A DNA stretch of 49,521 nucleotides, from positions 1-49,521 of the forward strand of contig JAIRLY010000059.1 in assembly GCA_031259075.1 (NCBI GenBank), given 5' to 3'. Each line of letters starts with the position of its first letter. Position 1 is the stretch's first letter. Source of the stretch: Dysgonamonadaceae bacterium (lineage in GTDB: Bacteria > Bacteroidota > Bacteroidia > Bacteroidales > Azobacteroidaceae). The notes under the pieces are model-generated. The model saw only the letters and a program-made list of their open reading frames with translations, searched no databases and was not told the origin of the DNA. Of this stretch, positions 9,732 to 18,192 are shown in pieces. Made by a program: the position numbers and the translations under genes.

Positions 9732-10646
9732 ATGACTATGACGAACGAATACAATGATTTGGAAACTCGGTTTAAATATCTTATCTCGAACGATAAAGAC
9801 AGGAAATTTGGTTTGTGGGTAAATACTGTGGGCTTTGAACGCATTCCGCCCGATTCGCCCTATCCGTTGAAATCCCATCCTTCGGGTTATTTTTTTAATA
9901 CTCAAAAAGGACGTACTTTGCACGAGTACCAGTTGCTTTATATTACAAAAGGCAAAGGTATATTTGCTTCGGAAGACATGCCCGAAAAACAAGTCGGCAA
10001 AGGCTCGTTATTCATTCTTTTTCCCGGTCAGTGGCACACTTTCCATGCTTTGAAAGAAACCGGCTGGAACAATTATTACATTGGTTTTGAGGGAGCGGTG
10101 ATTGATAATTTAGTAAAAGAAAGTTTTCTTTCCAAAGAAAAACCCTTACTCGAAGTGGGCCTGAATGAGGAATTGGTTTCCCTGTTTTCGCAGGCTTTGG
10201 AAGTCGCCAAAGCCGATAAAATGTCGTCACAACAGCATTTAGCGGGCATTGTCTTGCTTTTGATTGGAACTATATTGTCTATTACAAAAAACAAAGATAA
10301 CAATGTGAACCAAAAAATTGAGCAGGCAAAAATCATTATGACCGAAAATGTTTTGAAAAGCATTGACCCGAAAACATTGGCTACGAAATTGAATGTCAGT
10401 TATTCATGGTTTCGCAAAACATTTAAGGATTACACAGGTTTTGCTCCCGCTCAATACTTTCAAATCCTGAAACTCCAAAAAGCGAAACATTTATTGATAG
10501 AAAGTTCTTACAGCGTGAAAGAAATCTCTTTTATGCTTGGCTATGAATCCACAGAACACTTTAACTCTTTATTCAAAAAATACTTCGAACTGACCCCTTT
10601 GAAATACCGCCGTTCTACAGCGATACAAAAAAACAAACCTGCATGA
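9732..10646 (+). CDS. AraC family transcriptional regulator
   Basis: N-terminal cupin (LFPGQWHT), C-terminal double HTH (SYSWFRKTFK...VKEISFMLGY...FKK...TPLKYR); TAAATTTG at 9681-9688. Confidence 0.93.
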   Translation: MTMTNEYNDLETRFKYLISNDKDRKFGLWVNTVGFERIPPDSPYPLKSHPSGYFFNTQKGRTLHEYQLLYITKGKGIFASEDMPEKQVGKGSLFILFPGQWHTFHALKETGWNNYYIGFEGAVIDNLVKESFLSKEKPLLEVGLNEELVSLFSQALEVAKADKMSSQQHLAGIVLLLIGTILSITKNKDNNVNQKIEQAKIIMTENVLKSIDPKTLATKLNVSYSWFRKTFKDYTGFAPAQYFQILKLQKAKHLLIESSYSVKEISFMLGYESTEHFNSLFKKYFELTPLKYRRSTAIQKNKPA

Positions 10647-10759
10647 CAGCGTAATCACGTCCCGAATCAATCCCGCCGATAATTTCCGCTGTCAGCGCCT
10701 TGTTTTCCACAATTTCCACCGATGAGATCCGGTCTTTGCCGGTTCTTTGCAAGATTGCA

Positions 10760-10828
10760 TTTTTATCAAATTACGCCACTTTTTTGTCAAAACAGATATT
10801 TGAAAGAAAAGCATTTTATCTACTTTTG
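10760..10828 (+). promoter_or_regulatory. PUL operon promoter with upstream direct repeat (candidate AraC half-sites)
   Basis: TTTTATCAAA 10761-10770 and TTTTGTCAAA 10782-10791 (21 bp period), TTTG 10799-10802, TACTTTTG 10821-10828. Confidence 0.55.
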
Positions 10829-10863
10829 CACTCTAAATATATTTATTTTAAACATTATTTATC

Positions 10864-12468
10864 ATGAAAAAGATTACATCTTTAGTTTTTACGGCTTTGT
10901 GCCTGTGCCTTTTAGTTGGCACAGCGAAAGCTCAAACCACCGCCGATTGGAACGAAGGCGGCATTTGGTATAAAGTTATTGATACAGACAAAGTGGCTGT
11001 GTGCCAGAATCCCGTAGGACAGGATTACACAGGTACAATTACCGTTCCTGCTACTGTAACCCACGAAAATGTCACTTATGATGTTACCGCTGTTGGAAAC
11101 CGCGCCTTTGCGTATCCTGAGGACGCTGCAAGTACGGTGGAATACGTTAATTTGCCCGGCACTATCGTTTCTTTCGGCAGTTGCGCTTTTCAGTACTGTA
11201 AAGATCTGAAAAAAATTGTAATCCCAAATTCGGTAACCGCTCTTTGGGACAATGATTTTGACGGCGCGGACGATGACGAAGGCGCCACTTTTATGGGTTG
11301 CACCGGTTTGGAAGAAATAACCATCGGCGCAAGCATTACAAATATGGCTGCCCCCAATGGCCTTTTCAACCCCGTCGGGCCGAATTTGAAAAAAGTTACC
11401 TGCTATGCAACTACTCCGCCTCCATTGGATTGGTCATCCTTTAATGGAGATATATCAAACGTTGCTCTTCTGGTACCCGCCGAATCGCTTAACGACTATC
11501 TTACAGATTACTGGTGGGACTTTGCATCGGCAGAACAGCATGAAGGAAGTTCCGGCGTTGGTATTTATCCTATCGGCGCCTGCCTGCCGCCACTGAAATT
11601 GAGCGCGACCTCAGAGGGCTTTGTTACATGGAAAGGCGACGACGGCGCGTACAACTTGATTATTTCCACAACTGAACTTAACGAAACCGACCTTGCCGCT
11701 TATCCTACAACGAATATTCTGCGTATTCTGGACACCGAATACGACCTCTCGCGAGAAATGGAAAATGAAAACGTAATGTATTACGTTTATCTACAAAGCG
11801 ACTGCGGAGAGGGAATCACAAGTACATGGGTAAGCACTTCGTTCTACTACTACGTCGGAGATTTTTGCGAATATACCGTATCGGGCGCAGATATTTACTA
11901 CACTGTTGATCCTGAAGATGCACATGAAGACCCAATGCCTTGGGGTTGGGATCTCTCTGTATATGTGGAATTTTGGCAAGCAGGCATCCGGATAGCAACA
12001 GTGGACGGCTCCGCGGCTTTTGGAGGTGCAACCGTATCGTTGATGACCGGAATTCCGGCTGTATTAGAATGGAAAGGCAATGGCCAGTATGGAGACCCAT
12101 GCAGTCTTTTATTGACGAATGCCGCTGGTGAAACAATTCTATCTACAGAAGAATTGCTTGATAATGAGCCTGCAACATGGACAATTTCTATTGACAATGA
12201 TTGCAATGCCGCAGTAGTTACAGGTATTGAAAAGCTCAATATAAATAACGCAAGCATAGCGCCCACCCTGAGCAAGGGATTTGTAACCGTGAACGCCGAA
12301 GCAGGCAGCATAGCAAAAGTAACGGATTTGACGGGACGCCTGCTGAAATCGGAAACAATTACCCGCGCAGATCAAAAGATAACGCTGAATTACGCAAACG
12401 GCATCTATCTGATTACATTGGAAAACGGCCATTCGCGATATGTGCAAAAAGTGATACTGAAAAAATAA
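10864..12468 (+). CDS. BspA-type leucine-rich repeat surface protein with T9SS C-terminal domain
   Basis: YTGTITVPATV..YDVTAVGNRAF, AFQYCKDLKKIVIPNSVT LRR units, ATTPP cap; CTD DLTGRLL...GIYLITL...QKVILKK. Confidence 0.85.
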   Translation: MKKITSLVFTALCLCLLVGTAKAQTTADWNEGGIWYKVIDTDKVAVCQNPVGQDYTGTITVPATVTHENVTYDVTAVGNRAFAYPEDAASTVEYVNLPGTIVSFGSCAFQYCKDLKKIVIPNSVTALWDNDFDGADDDEGATFMGCTGLEEITIGASITNMAAPNGLFNPVGPNLKKVTCYATTPPPLDWSSFNGDISNVALLVPAESLNDYLTDYWWDFASAEQHEGSSGVGIYPIGACLPPLKLSATSEGFVTWKGDDGAYNLIISTTELNETDLAAYPTTNILRILDTEYDLSREMENENVMYYVYLQSDCGEGITSTWVSTSFYYYVGDFCEYTVSGADIYYTVDPEDAHEDPMPWGWDLSVYVEFWQAGIRIATVDGSAAFGGATVSLMTGIPAVLEWKGNGQYGDPCSLLLTNAAGETILSTEELLDNEPATWTISIDNDCNAAVVTGIEKLNINNASIAPTLSKGFVTVNAEAGSIAKVTDLTGRLLKSETITRADQKITLNYANGIYLITLENGHSRYVQKVILKK

Positions 12469-12487
12469 TTTGACGAAAGACTGTCGA

Positions 12488-12547
12488 ATAAAAGAGCAAA
12501 GATAAGGGAACGAAAAGTTTGATAAGTCTTTGCTCTTTGCTCTTTAC
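12488..12547. repeat. Inverted repeat built from the heptamer GCAAAGA/TCTTTGC
   Basis: AAAGAGCAAAGA 12491-12502 pairs with TCTTTGCTCTTT 12527-12538; right arm is TCTTTGC-TCTTTGC-TCTTTAC. Confidence 0.6.
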
Positions 12548-12581
12548 ATAATTTCAATAATTGTATAGCAACTAATAGTAC

Positions 12582-15500
12582 ATGAAAAAACAAAAACATT
12601 TACGGAAAACCGCAGGAAGTAGCGGTACCCTAAAAAAATGGCTTCTCCTGTTTACCTTTTGTGCCTTGCCTTCGCTTATGAATGCTCTTCCCGCACAGCA
12701 ACAAACAGGCAGAACCATTACCGGAACTGTGATGGACAAACAGGGCGAATCTGTAATCGGCGCAAGCGTTGTCGAAAAAGGAACTGTCAACGGTACAGCT
12801 ACCGACATCGACGGAAATTTTTCCCTACAGGTAAAAGGCGGTGCTACGCTGGTTATTTCTTTTATCGGTTACGCCACGCAGGAAATCAAAGTGGAAGCCG
12901 CTTCCAATTATTCGATAATCATGGAAGAAGACGCCCAATTGCTGGAAGAAGTAGTGGTGGTGGCTTATGGGCAGCAGAAAAAAGTTTCCGTAACCGGCTC
13001 TATTTCAACCATTCAAATGCGGGAACTCAAACAAAGTCCTTCGGCCAACTTATCTGCCTCGCTGGCAGGACGTTTGCCCGGATTGGCGGCGATACAGACA
13101 ACCGGCCGGCCCGGCGCCAACGCCGCCGTAACTTTGTATCTGCGTGGCGTGGCAACGATGAACGGGTCGCAACCGCTCATTATGATTGACGGCGTGCCGC
13201 GCGACGACGTTAACCTGCTCAGTACGCTCGATCCCAATGAAATTGCATCGGCAACGATTCTGAAAGATGCTTCGGCAACGGCTGTGTTCGGGGTAAAAGG
13301 CGCCAACGGCGCTATACTGATTACCACCCGGCGCGGACAAACCGGAAAGGCGGAACTCAGCGTTTCGGCCGATTACAGTTTGCAGCAATTTACCGTCATG
13401 CCGGATCATCTTCATTCCTACACTTATGCCGAACTGCAAAACGAGGCGGCGCGTAACACCCCAGGAAGCGATTTGCCGTTTACCGACTATATGATTGGGA
13501 AATACCGCGACGGTAGCGACCCGATTTTTTACCCCGACCGCGACCTGATTAAGGAATTTTACAGTACTGCCGCTCCGCAGTTGCGTTTAAACGCCAATAT
13601 GAGCGGCGGAACGGAAGTCATGCGTTATTTTATAAACGTAGGCTACATCGGGCAAGGCAGTAATTTTAAGACCGTTTATAACAAAAAATACGATTTTGAC
13701 CCCGCATTCAAAATGGACCGTTACAACTTTCGCGCTAATCTGGACTTCGATGCGGCAAAAAATCTGAAAATCGCTTTAAATCTTGCCTCTTATCTGCAAA
13801 AAGCCAATGCGCCTAACTTTAATAAAGTGGGTTTTGACAGCGTAGATGCTATGACCAACGAAGTACTTTCGTTTATTATGGGCGCCGACCCCACGCAACC
13901 CGGACCGCTTACCGTTGGCGGAACAACCACGCCCGACGGTACACCTGTACCTGCCGGCTTGCCTACGCTACAGATGCCAAGTCCGCGAAGCGCATGGGGC
14001 GTATTGAACGGATACGGTTACAGTTGGGAATCGCGGGCAACGCTTAACTCGTCGCTTTCGGTGGAGTGGAAATTGCCCTTTATTACCCAGGGATTGAGCG
14101 CAAAAGCATTGATTGCTTATGACTCCGAAGGCTATGAATCTTCCGATGGATCGCTGGTGGTGAATTACGTACAATACCAGATAGGACGCGAAGAAGGCGA
14201 AAAGTCGTATTACATTATGCCTAATGTGGACCGCTACGATCCGCTTGAACCGTACAAATCATCTGTGGGAAAATATTATGCCGATATGCAGTTTTCACTT
14301 AACTACGACCGGCTGTTCGGCAACCATGCCGTAACCGGCATGGTTTTGGCACAGCGCGAAACCCACGATGAACATGGCGGCGAGTTGCCTTATAATGTGC
14401 TTGGCCTGTTGGGGCGCTTTACCTACGGCTACGACAACCGTTACCTGGCGGAAATAAATATGGGCTACAACGGCTCCGAACAGTTTGCTCCCACCAACCG
14501 TTTCGGTTTCTTCCCCGCGTTCTCTACGGGGTGGGTGATTAGCAACGAATCGTTTCTTAAAGAAGATAACCTGCTCACCAACCTTAAATTGCGCGCTTCG
14601 TACGGTAAGGTAGGTAATGATAAATTGACTGAAATTGTTACTGATCGCTTCATTTATCTTGACAATATTCAATCGGCGGGCGGTGGATTGCCGTCTTTCG
14701 GCAGAAGCGGAGGCAGTTCAATTTCCTACATTCTGTATGGAAATCCCTATCTGCAATGGGAAGAAGCATGGAAACAAAATTACGGACTCGACTTTCAGTT
14801 GTGGGGCGCGCTCTCGCTCACAGCCGATGTGTTTTTTGAAGACCGTAGCGAAATCCTGATACAGCGCGAATCTGTTCCCGATGCTTTGGGTGTGCCGAGC
14901 AGTGTTTTTCCGCGAATGAATATGGGTAGAGTAAAAAATCGCGGCTTCGAAGTGGAACTTGCTTACCAAAAGATATTCAACAAAGATTGGTCGGTAAATA
15001 CCCGCGCCAATTTCGGCTTCAACCGCAACAAAATAGTAGAAACCGATGAACCGCCGCTGGGCGAAGACTATTACTACCGTTACCGCAAGACGGGTTTTGC
15101 CATCGGGCAACCGTTCGGATATCTGATCGACTACAGCAACGGCAACGGTTATATCAATACGCAGGAAGAATTAGACAATCTGCCTGTCTATAATATCGGC
15201 GGCGAACCGCATTTGGGCGATTTTATCTACAAAGATATGAATAACAACGACGGGATAATCGATTCCAAAGACGAGGTTCCGCTCGGCTATTCAAATGTGC
15301 CTGAAATCAGCTACGGATGGTCGGCGTCAATGAATTGGAAAGATTTCGACTTTTCTTTCCTTTTGCAGGGCATAGCGCACGTTTCGATGGCTTACCCCGG
15401 CTTCCGCTGGAATGAGCCTGCTTTGCAGCACGCATGGACAAAAGAACGTTACGAAGCGGGCGAAGAAATCCGCTATCCGGCGCTTGCGCTCAACAATGTG

Positions 15501-15758
15501 GGGCCGAGCTATACTACCAATTCATTCTTTATACTCGACCGCTCGTTCCTGCGCCTGAAAACAGCCGAAATAGGCTACACGTTGCCGGCAAGCCGGACAA
15601 AAAAAATCGGCATTAGCCGTATGCGGGTGTATGTCAACGGGAATAACTTGCTGACTTTTACTCCGATAAAAGCGAAGTACTTTGATCCGGAACAGGATAG
15701 TCCGGAGAAATTTCCGCTCGCTAAAATGGTAAATTTTGGAATTAACCTTGTCTTTTAA
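12582..15758 (+). CDS. SusC/RagA TonB-dependent transporter 1
   Basis: N-terminal GESVIGASV..GTATDIDGNF domain, LEEVVVVAYG, ILKDASATAVFGVKGANGAILITT, C-terminal Phe. Confidence 0.96.
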   Translation: MKKQKHLRKTAGSSGTLKKWLLLFTFCALPSLMNALPAQQQTGRTITGTVMDKQGESVIGASVVEKGTVNGTATDIDGNFSLQVKGGATLVISFIGYATQEIKVEAASNYSIIMEEDAQLLEEVVVVAYGQQKKVSVTGSISTIQMRELKQSPSANLSASLAGRLPGLAAIQTTGRPGANAAVTLYLRGVATMNGSQPLIMIDGVPRDDVNLLSTLDPNEIASATILKDASATAVFGVKGANGAILITTRRGQTGKAELSVSADYSLQQFTVMPDHLHSYTYAELQNEAARNTPGSDLPFTDYMIGKYRDGSDPIFYPDRDLIKEFYSTAAPQLRLNANMSGGTEVMRYFINVGYIGQGSNFKTVYNKKYDFDPAFKMDRYNFRANLDFDAAKNLKIALNLASYLQKANAPNFNKVGFDSVDAMTNEVLSFIMGADPTQPGPLTVGGTTTPDGTPVPAGLPTLQMPSPRSAWGVLNGYGYSWESRATLNSSLSVEWKLPFITQGLSAKALIAYDSEGYESSDGSLVVNYVQYQIGREEGEKSYYIMPNVDRYDPLEPYKSSVGKYYADMQFSLNYDRLFGNHAVTGMVLAQRETHDEHGGELPYNVLGLLGRFTYGYDNRYLAEINMGYNGSEQFAPTNRFGFFPAFSTGWVISNESFLKEDNLLTNLKLRASYGKVGNDKLTEIVTDRFIYLDNIQSAGGGLPSFGRSGGSSISYILYGNPYLQWEEAWKQNYGLDFQLWGALSLTADVFFEDRSEILIQRESVPDALGVPSSVFPRMNMGRVKNRGFEVELAYQKIFNKDWSVNTRANFGFNRNKIVETDEPPLGEDYYYRYRKTGFAIGQPFGYLIDYSNGNGYINTQEELDNLPVYNIGGEPHLGDFIYKDMNNNDGIIDSKDEVPLGYSNVPEISYGWSASMNWKDFDFSFLLQGIAHVSMAYPGFRWNEPALQHAWTKERYEAGEEIRYPALALNNVGPSYTTNSFFILDRSFLRLKTAEIGYTLPASRTKKIGISRMRVYVNGNNLLTFTPIKAKYFDPEQDSPEKFPLAKMVNFGINLVF

Positions 15759-15798
15759 AATGCAAAATGCAAAATGCAGAATGCAAAATGCAAAATGA
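15757..15798 (+). repeat. Heptamer tandem repeat (AAAATGC)x~6, left arm of the full cassette
   Basis: aaaatgc aaaatgc aaaatgc agaatgc aaaatgc aaaatga, beginning inside the SusC stop codon. Confidence 0.95.
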
Positions 15799-15801
15799 GT
15801 T

Positions 15802-16179
15802 ATGAAAGAGAATGTTATATTAAATAAGAGTTTTGAATTTGCCGTCCGGATTGTGAATTTGTACAAATATTTGACCACAGAGAAACAGGAATTTGTTATG
15901 TCCAAACAAATTTTACGCAGTGGAACGTCAATAGGTGCAAATGCGGAAGAAGCCGATTCAGGGCAAAGTAAGAAAGATTTTACCGCTAAAATGGATATTG
16001 TACTGAAAGAAGCAAAAGAAACACGTTATTGGCTTCGGCTACTTAACAAAACAGATTACATTGAGAATAAAATATATGAATCAATGCTTGCCGACTGCAA
16101 CGAGATTATTGCTATCGTAACTGCTATAATTGTAACGGCAAGAAAGAATATTAAAAATAATACAATCAATGAAAAATAG
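15802..16179 (+). CDS. Four helix bundle protein (23S rRNA intervening sequence protein family, Avd-related fold)
   Basis: KSFEFAVRIV, SKQILRSGTSIGANAEEA, SKKDF..K..I.LKEAKETRYWLRLL; stop overlaps the SusD start. Confidence 0.92.
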   Translation: MKENVILNKSFEFAVRIVNLYKYLTTEKQEFVMSKQILRSGTSIGANAEEADSGQSKKDFTAKMDIVLKEAKETRYWLRLLNKTDYIENKIYESMLADCNEIIAIVTAIIVTARKNIKNNTINEK

Positions 16180-18148
16180 AATATTATCACGAATCAAATC
16201 ACGCACGCTGCATCCCGCATTTTGCATTTTGCATTTTGCATTTTGCATTTCCTATCTGGGTTGTACCGATGTGCTCAACATCGCGCCCGACGGAAGGCTG
16301 TCAATGGAAAACATTTATAAAGATCCCGAACTGGTAGAAGCAATGGTTGGCAGCATATATGGCGGCTTGCCCGGAAAGGGCTATCAGTATTCGTTCCATG
16401 TGCCGCTTTTCACCGCCATTTGCGACGACGGCTGGGATGCTAACGGCGAAATTGGAGGCTATGCTTCAACCGCTGTGTACAACGGGACGCAATCGTCTGA
16501 ATATCACGCGGTTGCCAATGCTTGGAACGGGTGGTCGAAAAATTATTGGGCGAATTATTATACATCCATTCGCTTTTGTAATCAATTTTTGCAAAACACC
16601 GGTATAATGGCTTTCAGAACGGAAGAAGTAAAAAACCGCCTGATTGCCGAAGTACATATCTTGCGAGCCTATTACTATTTTGAATTAATGAAGTTCTTCG
16701 GCGACATACCTATTATAGAAAGAGAATTGCCTCTCGAATACGATTTTTCTGTTGTGCAAAGGGATTCGGTGTATAAAGTAGCCAAATTTATTGCCGCCGA
16801 TTGCGACTTTGCGATCAATACCCCCGAATTGCCATGGCGCATTACCACAGGCAATGTGGTGCATATTAACGGATATGGATATGGCCCAGACGGCGAAGCA
16901 GGCCGCGTAACCAAAGCATTGGCTCATGCTATCAAAGCTACGACCATGCTTTTTGCGGCAAGTCCTTTGTATAATGACGGTGAAAATCATTGGGAAGAAG
17001 CTTATCTATTCAGTAAAACTGCTGTGGATGAATTAAGAAAAAACGGTTATAAGCTATACGATACATCTGCATCCAATTTTAACCCGGCGGTATTCGGAAA
17101 TTGGGACGGCGCTGCTTTTCATCAATATCATTGTCAATTAGCCGATTACTCGGCAGCGCCCTACGATCAGGAAACCATCTATCAAACCATTTCCGCCGAT
17201 TGGGTCGGCTCGCTGCTATGGCACGTAAATTATGTAGGCACGCAATATACAGGCAATCATAAAGTAGGTACGACACCCACGCAGGAACTTGTCGACGCCT
17301 TTGAAACCACAGACGGACAGCCCGTACTCAATTTGGCCAATCCGTACCTTGATGAAAGGCATCTTCAGCCGAACTACAATACGGCAAACACCCTGTACGA
17401 CGTTGCCAATCCTTACAAAAACCGCGACCCGCGCCTTTATGCAACAGTGATGATGAACGGCGATACAATGATTTTCCAAAGTAAAATCTATAATATTGAA
17501 ACTTTTGTGGCTGTTAATAACAAGGAAAACCCCAACAACAAAGAGGAAGAACCGTTTATGAACGACGGTTTGCTCTCCATCAATACCGATCCAAAAGATA
17601 TTGGGCGCACCAAAACAGGCTATTTCCTACGGAAAATAATCACTCCCGGCATGTCGCAGAAAGGCAATCCGGGAACGCCGACCTATAAGCATTACCGCTT
17701 TGCGGAATTGTTGCTCGACTTGGCTGAAACGGCCAACGAAGCGGGACACATCGCCGAAGCGCTTGCCGCAATGAACGAAGTGCGGGAGCGAGTGGGTATG
17801 CCGCCTGTTCCCGCTATGGGAAAAGACGAATTGCGGCTGCGTATTCAAAATGAACGCCGCGTAGAATTTGCCTTTGAAGAACAACGGTATTTTGATTTGC
17901 GCCGCTGGAGCAATCCGACCGACGACTTGTCAAAAGTCTGCAAATACCTGACGGCTATGTGGATTTACCGCGACTGTAAAAATACAAAAGATCCGTCGGA
18001 CGACACTTATACCTATGAACGCAAAAACGTGTGGGAGAAAGCGCGAGGCGGATGGGAAAACCGCGATTTACTTTTACCCATTCCGCTCTCGGAACAATCG
18101 AAACTGGAACCGATAACAGGAACGGACTGGCAAAATCCGGGATGGTGA
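16169..18148 (+). CDS. SusD/RagB nutrient-binding lipoprotein 1
   Basis: Lipobox YLGC, AEVHILRAYYYF, RDPRL, RFAELLL..AE, NERRVEFAFEEQRYFDLRRW, QNPGW. Confidence 0.95.
   Translation: MKNRILSRIKSRTLHPAFCILHFAFCISYLGCTDVLNIAPDGRLSMENIYKDPELVEAMVGSIYGGLPGKGYQYSFHVPLFTAICDDGWDANGEIGGYASTAVYNGTQSSEYHAVANAWNGWSKNYWANYYTSIRFCNQFLQNTGIMAFRTEEVKNRLIAEVHILRAYYYFELMKFFGDIPIIERELPLEYDFSVVQRDSVYKVAKFIAADCDFAINTPELPWRITTGNVVHINGYGYGPDGEAGRVTKALAHAIKATTMLFAASPLYNDGENHWEEAYLFSKTAVDELRKNGYKLYDTSASNFNPAVFGNWDGAAFHQYHCQLADYSAAPYDQETIYQTISADWVGSLLWHVNYVGTQYTGNHKVGTTPTQELVDAFETTDGQPVLNLANPYLDERHLQPNYNTANTLYDVANPYKNRDPRLYATVMMNGDTMIFQSKIYNIETFVAVNNKENPNNKEEEPFMNDGLLSINTDPKDIGRTKTGYFLRKIITPGMSQKGNPGTPTYKHYRFAELLLDLAETANEAGHIAEALAAMNEVRERVGMPPVPAMGKDELRLRIQNERRVEFAFEEQRYFDLRRWSNPTDDLSKVCKYLTAMWIYRDCKNTKDPSDDTYTYERKNVWEKARGGWENRDLLLPIPLSEQSKLEPITGTDWQNPGW
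16210..16251 (+). repeat. Heptamer tandem repeat (GCATTTT)x4 plus 2 degenerate units, right arm, inside the SusD1 signal peptide
   Basis: Reverse complement of 15757-15798; encodes HPAFCILHFAFCIS. Confidence 0.95.
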
Positions 18149-18152
18149 ATTT

Positions 18153-18188
18153 AGTTAAGAACTAAGAGTTAAGAACTTAAGAATTAAA
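18153..18188 (+). repeat. AGTTAAG/AACTAAG heptamer-period repeat between SusD1 and SusC2
   Basis: agttaag aactaag agttaag aacttaag aattaaa; same family as the reverse-complement array at 49401-49449. Confidence 0.75.
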
Positions 18189-18192
18189 TATT

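Noticed and set aside
10644-10694. Terminator after araC (TGACAGCG...CGCTGTCA)
   Set aside because: 35-nt loop and no adjacent U-tract; too weak to call
15522-15905. Minus-strand ORF containing HFAFCILHFAFCIL
   Set aside because: Antisense reading of the heptamer left arm, overlapping two real genes
15802-16179. Diversity-generating retroelement (because of the Avd-like protein)
   Set aside because: No reverse transcriptase in the window; the repeated coding segments (Big_2, SusD patches) do not show adenine-restricted differences
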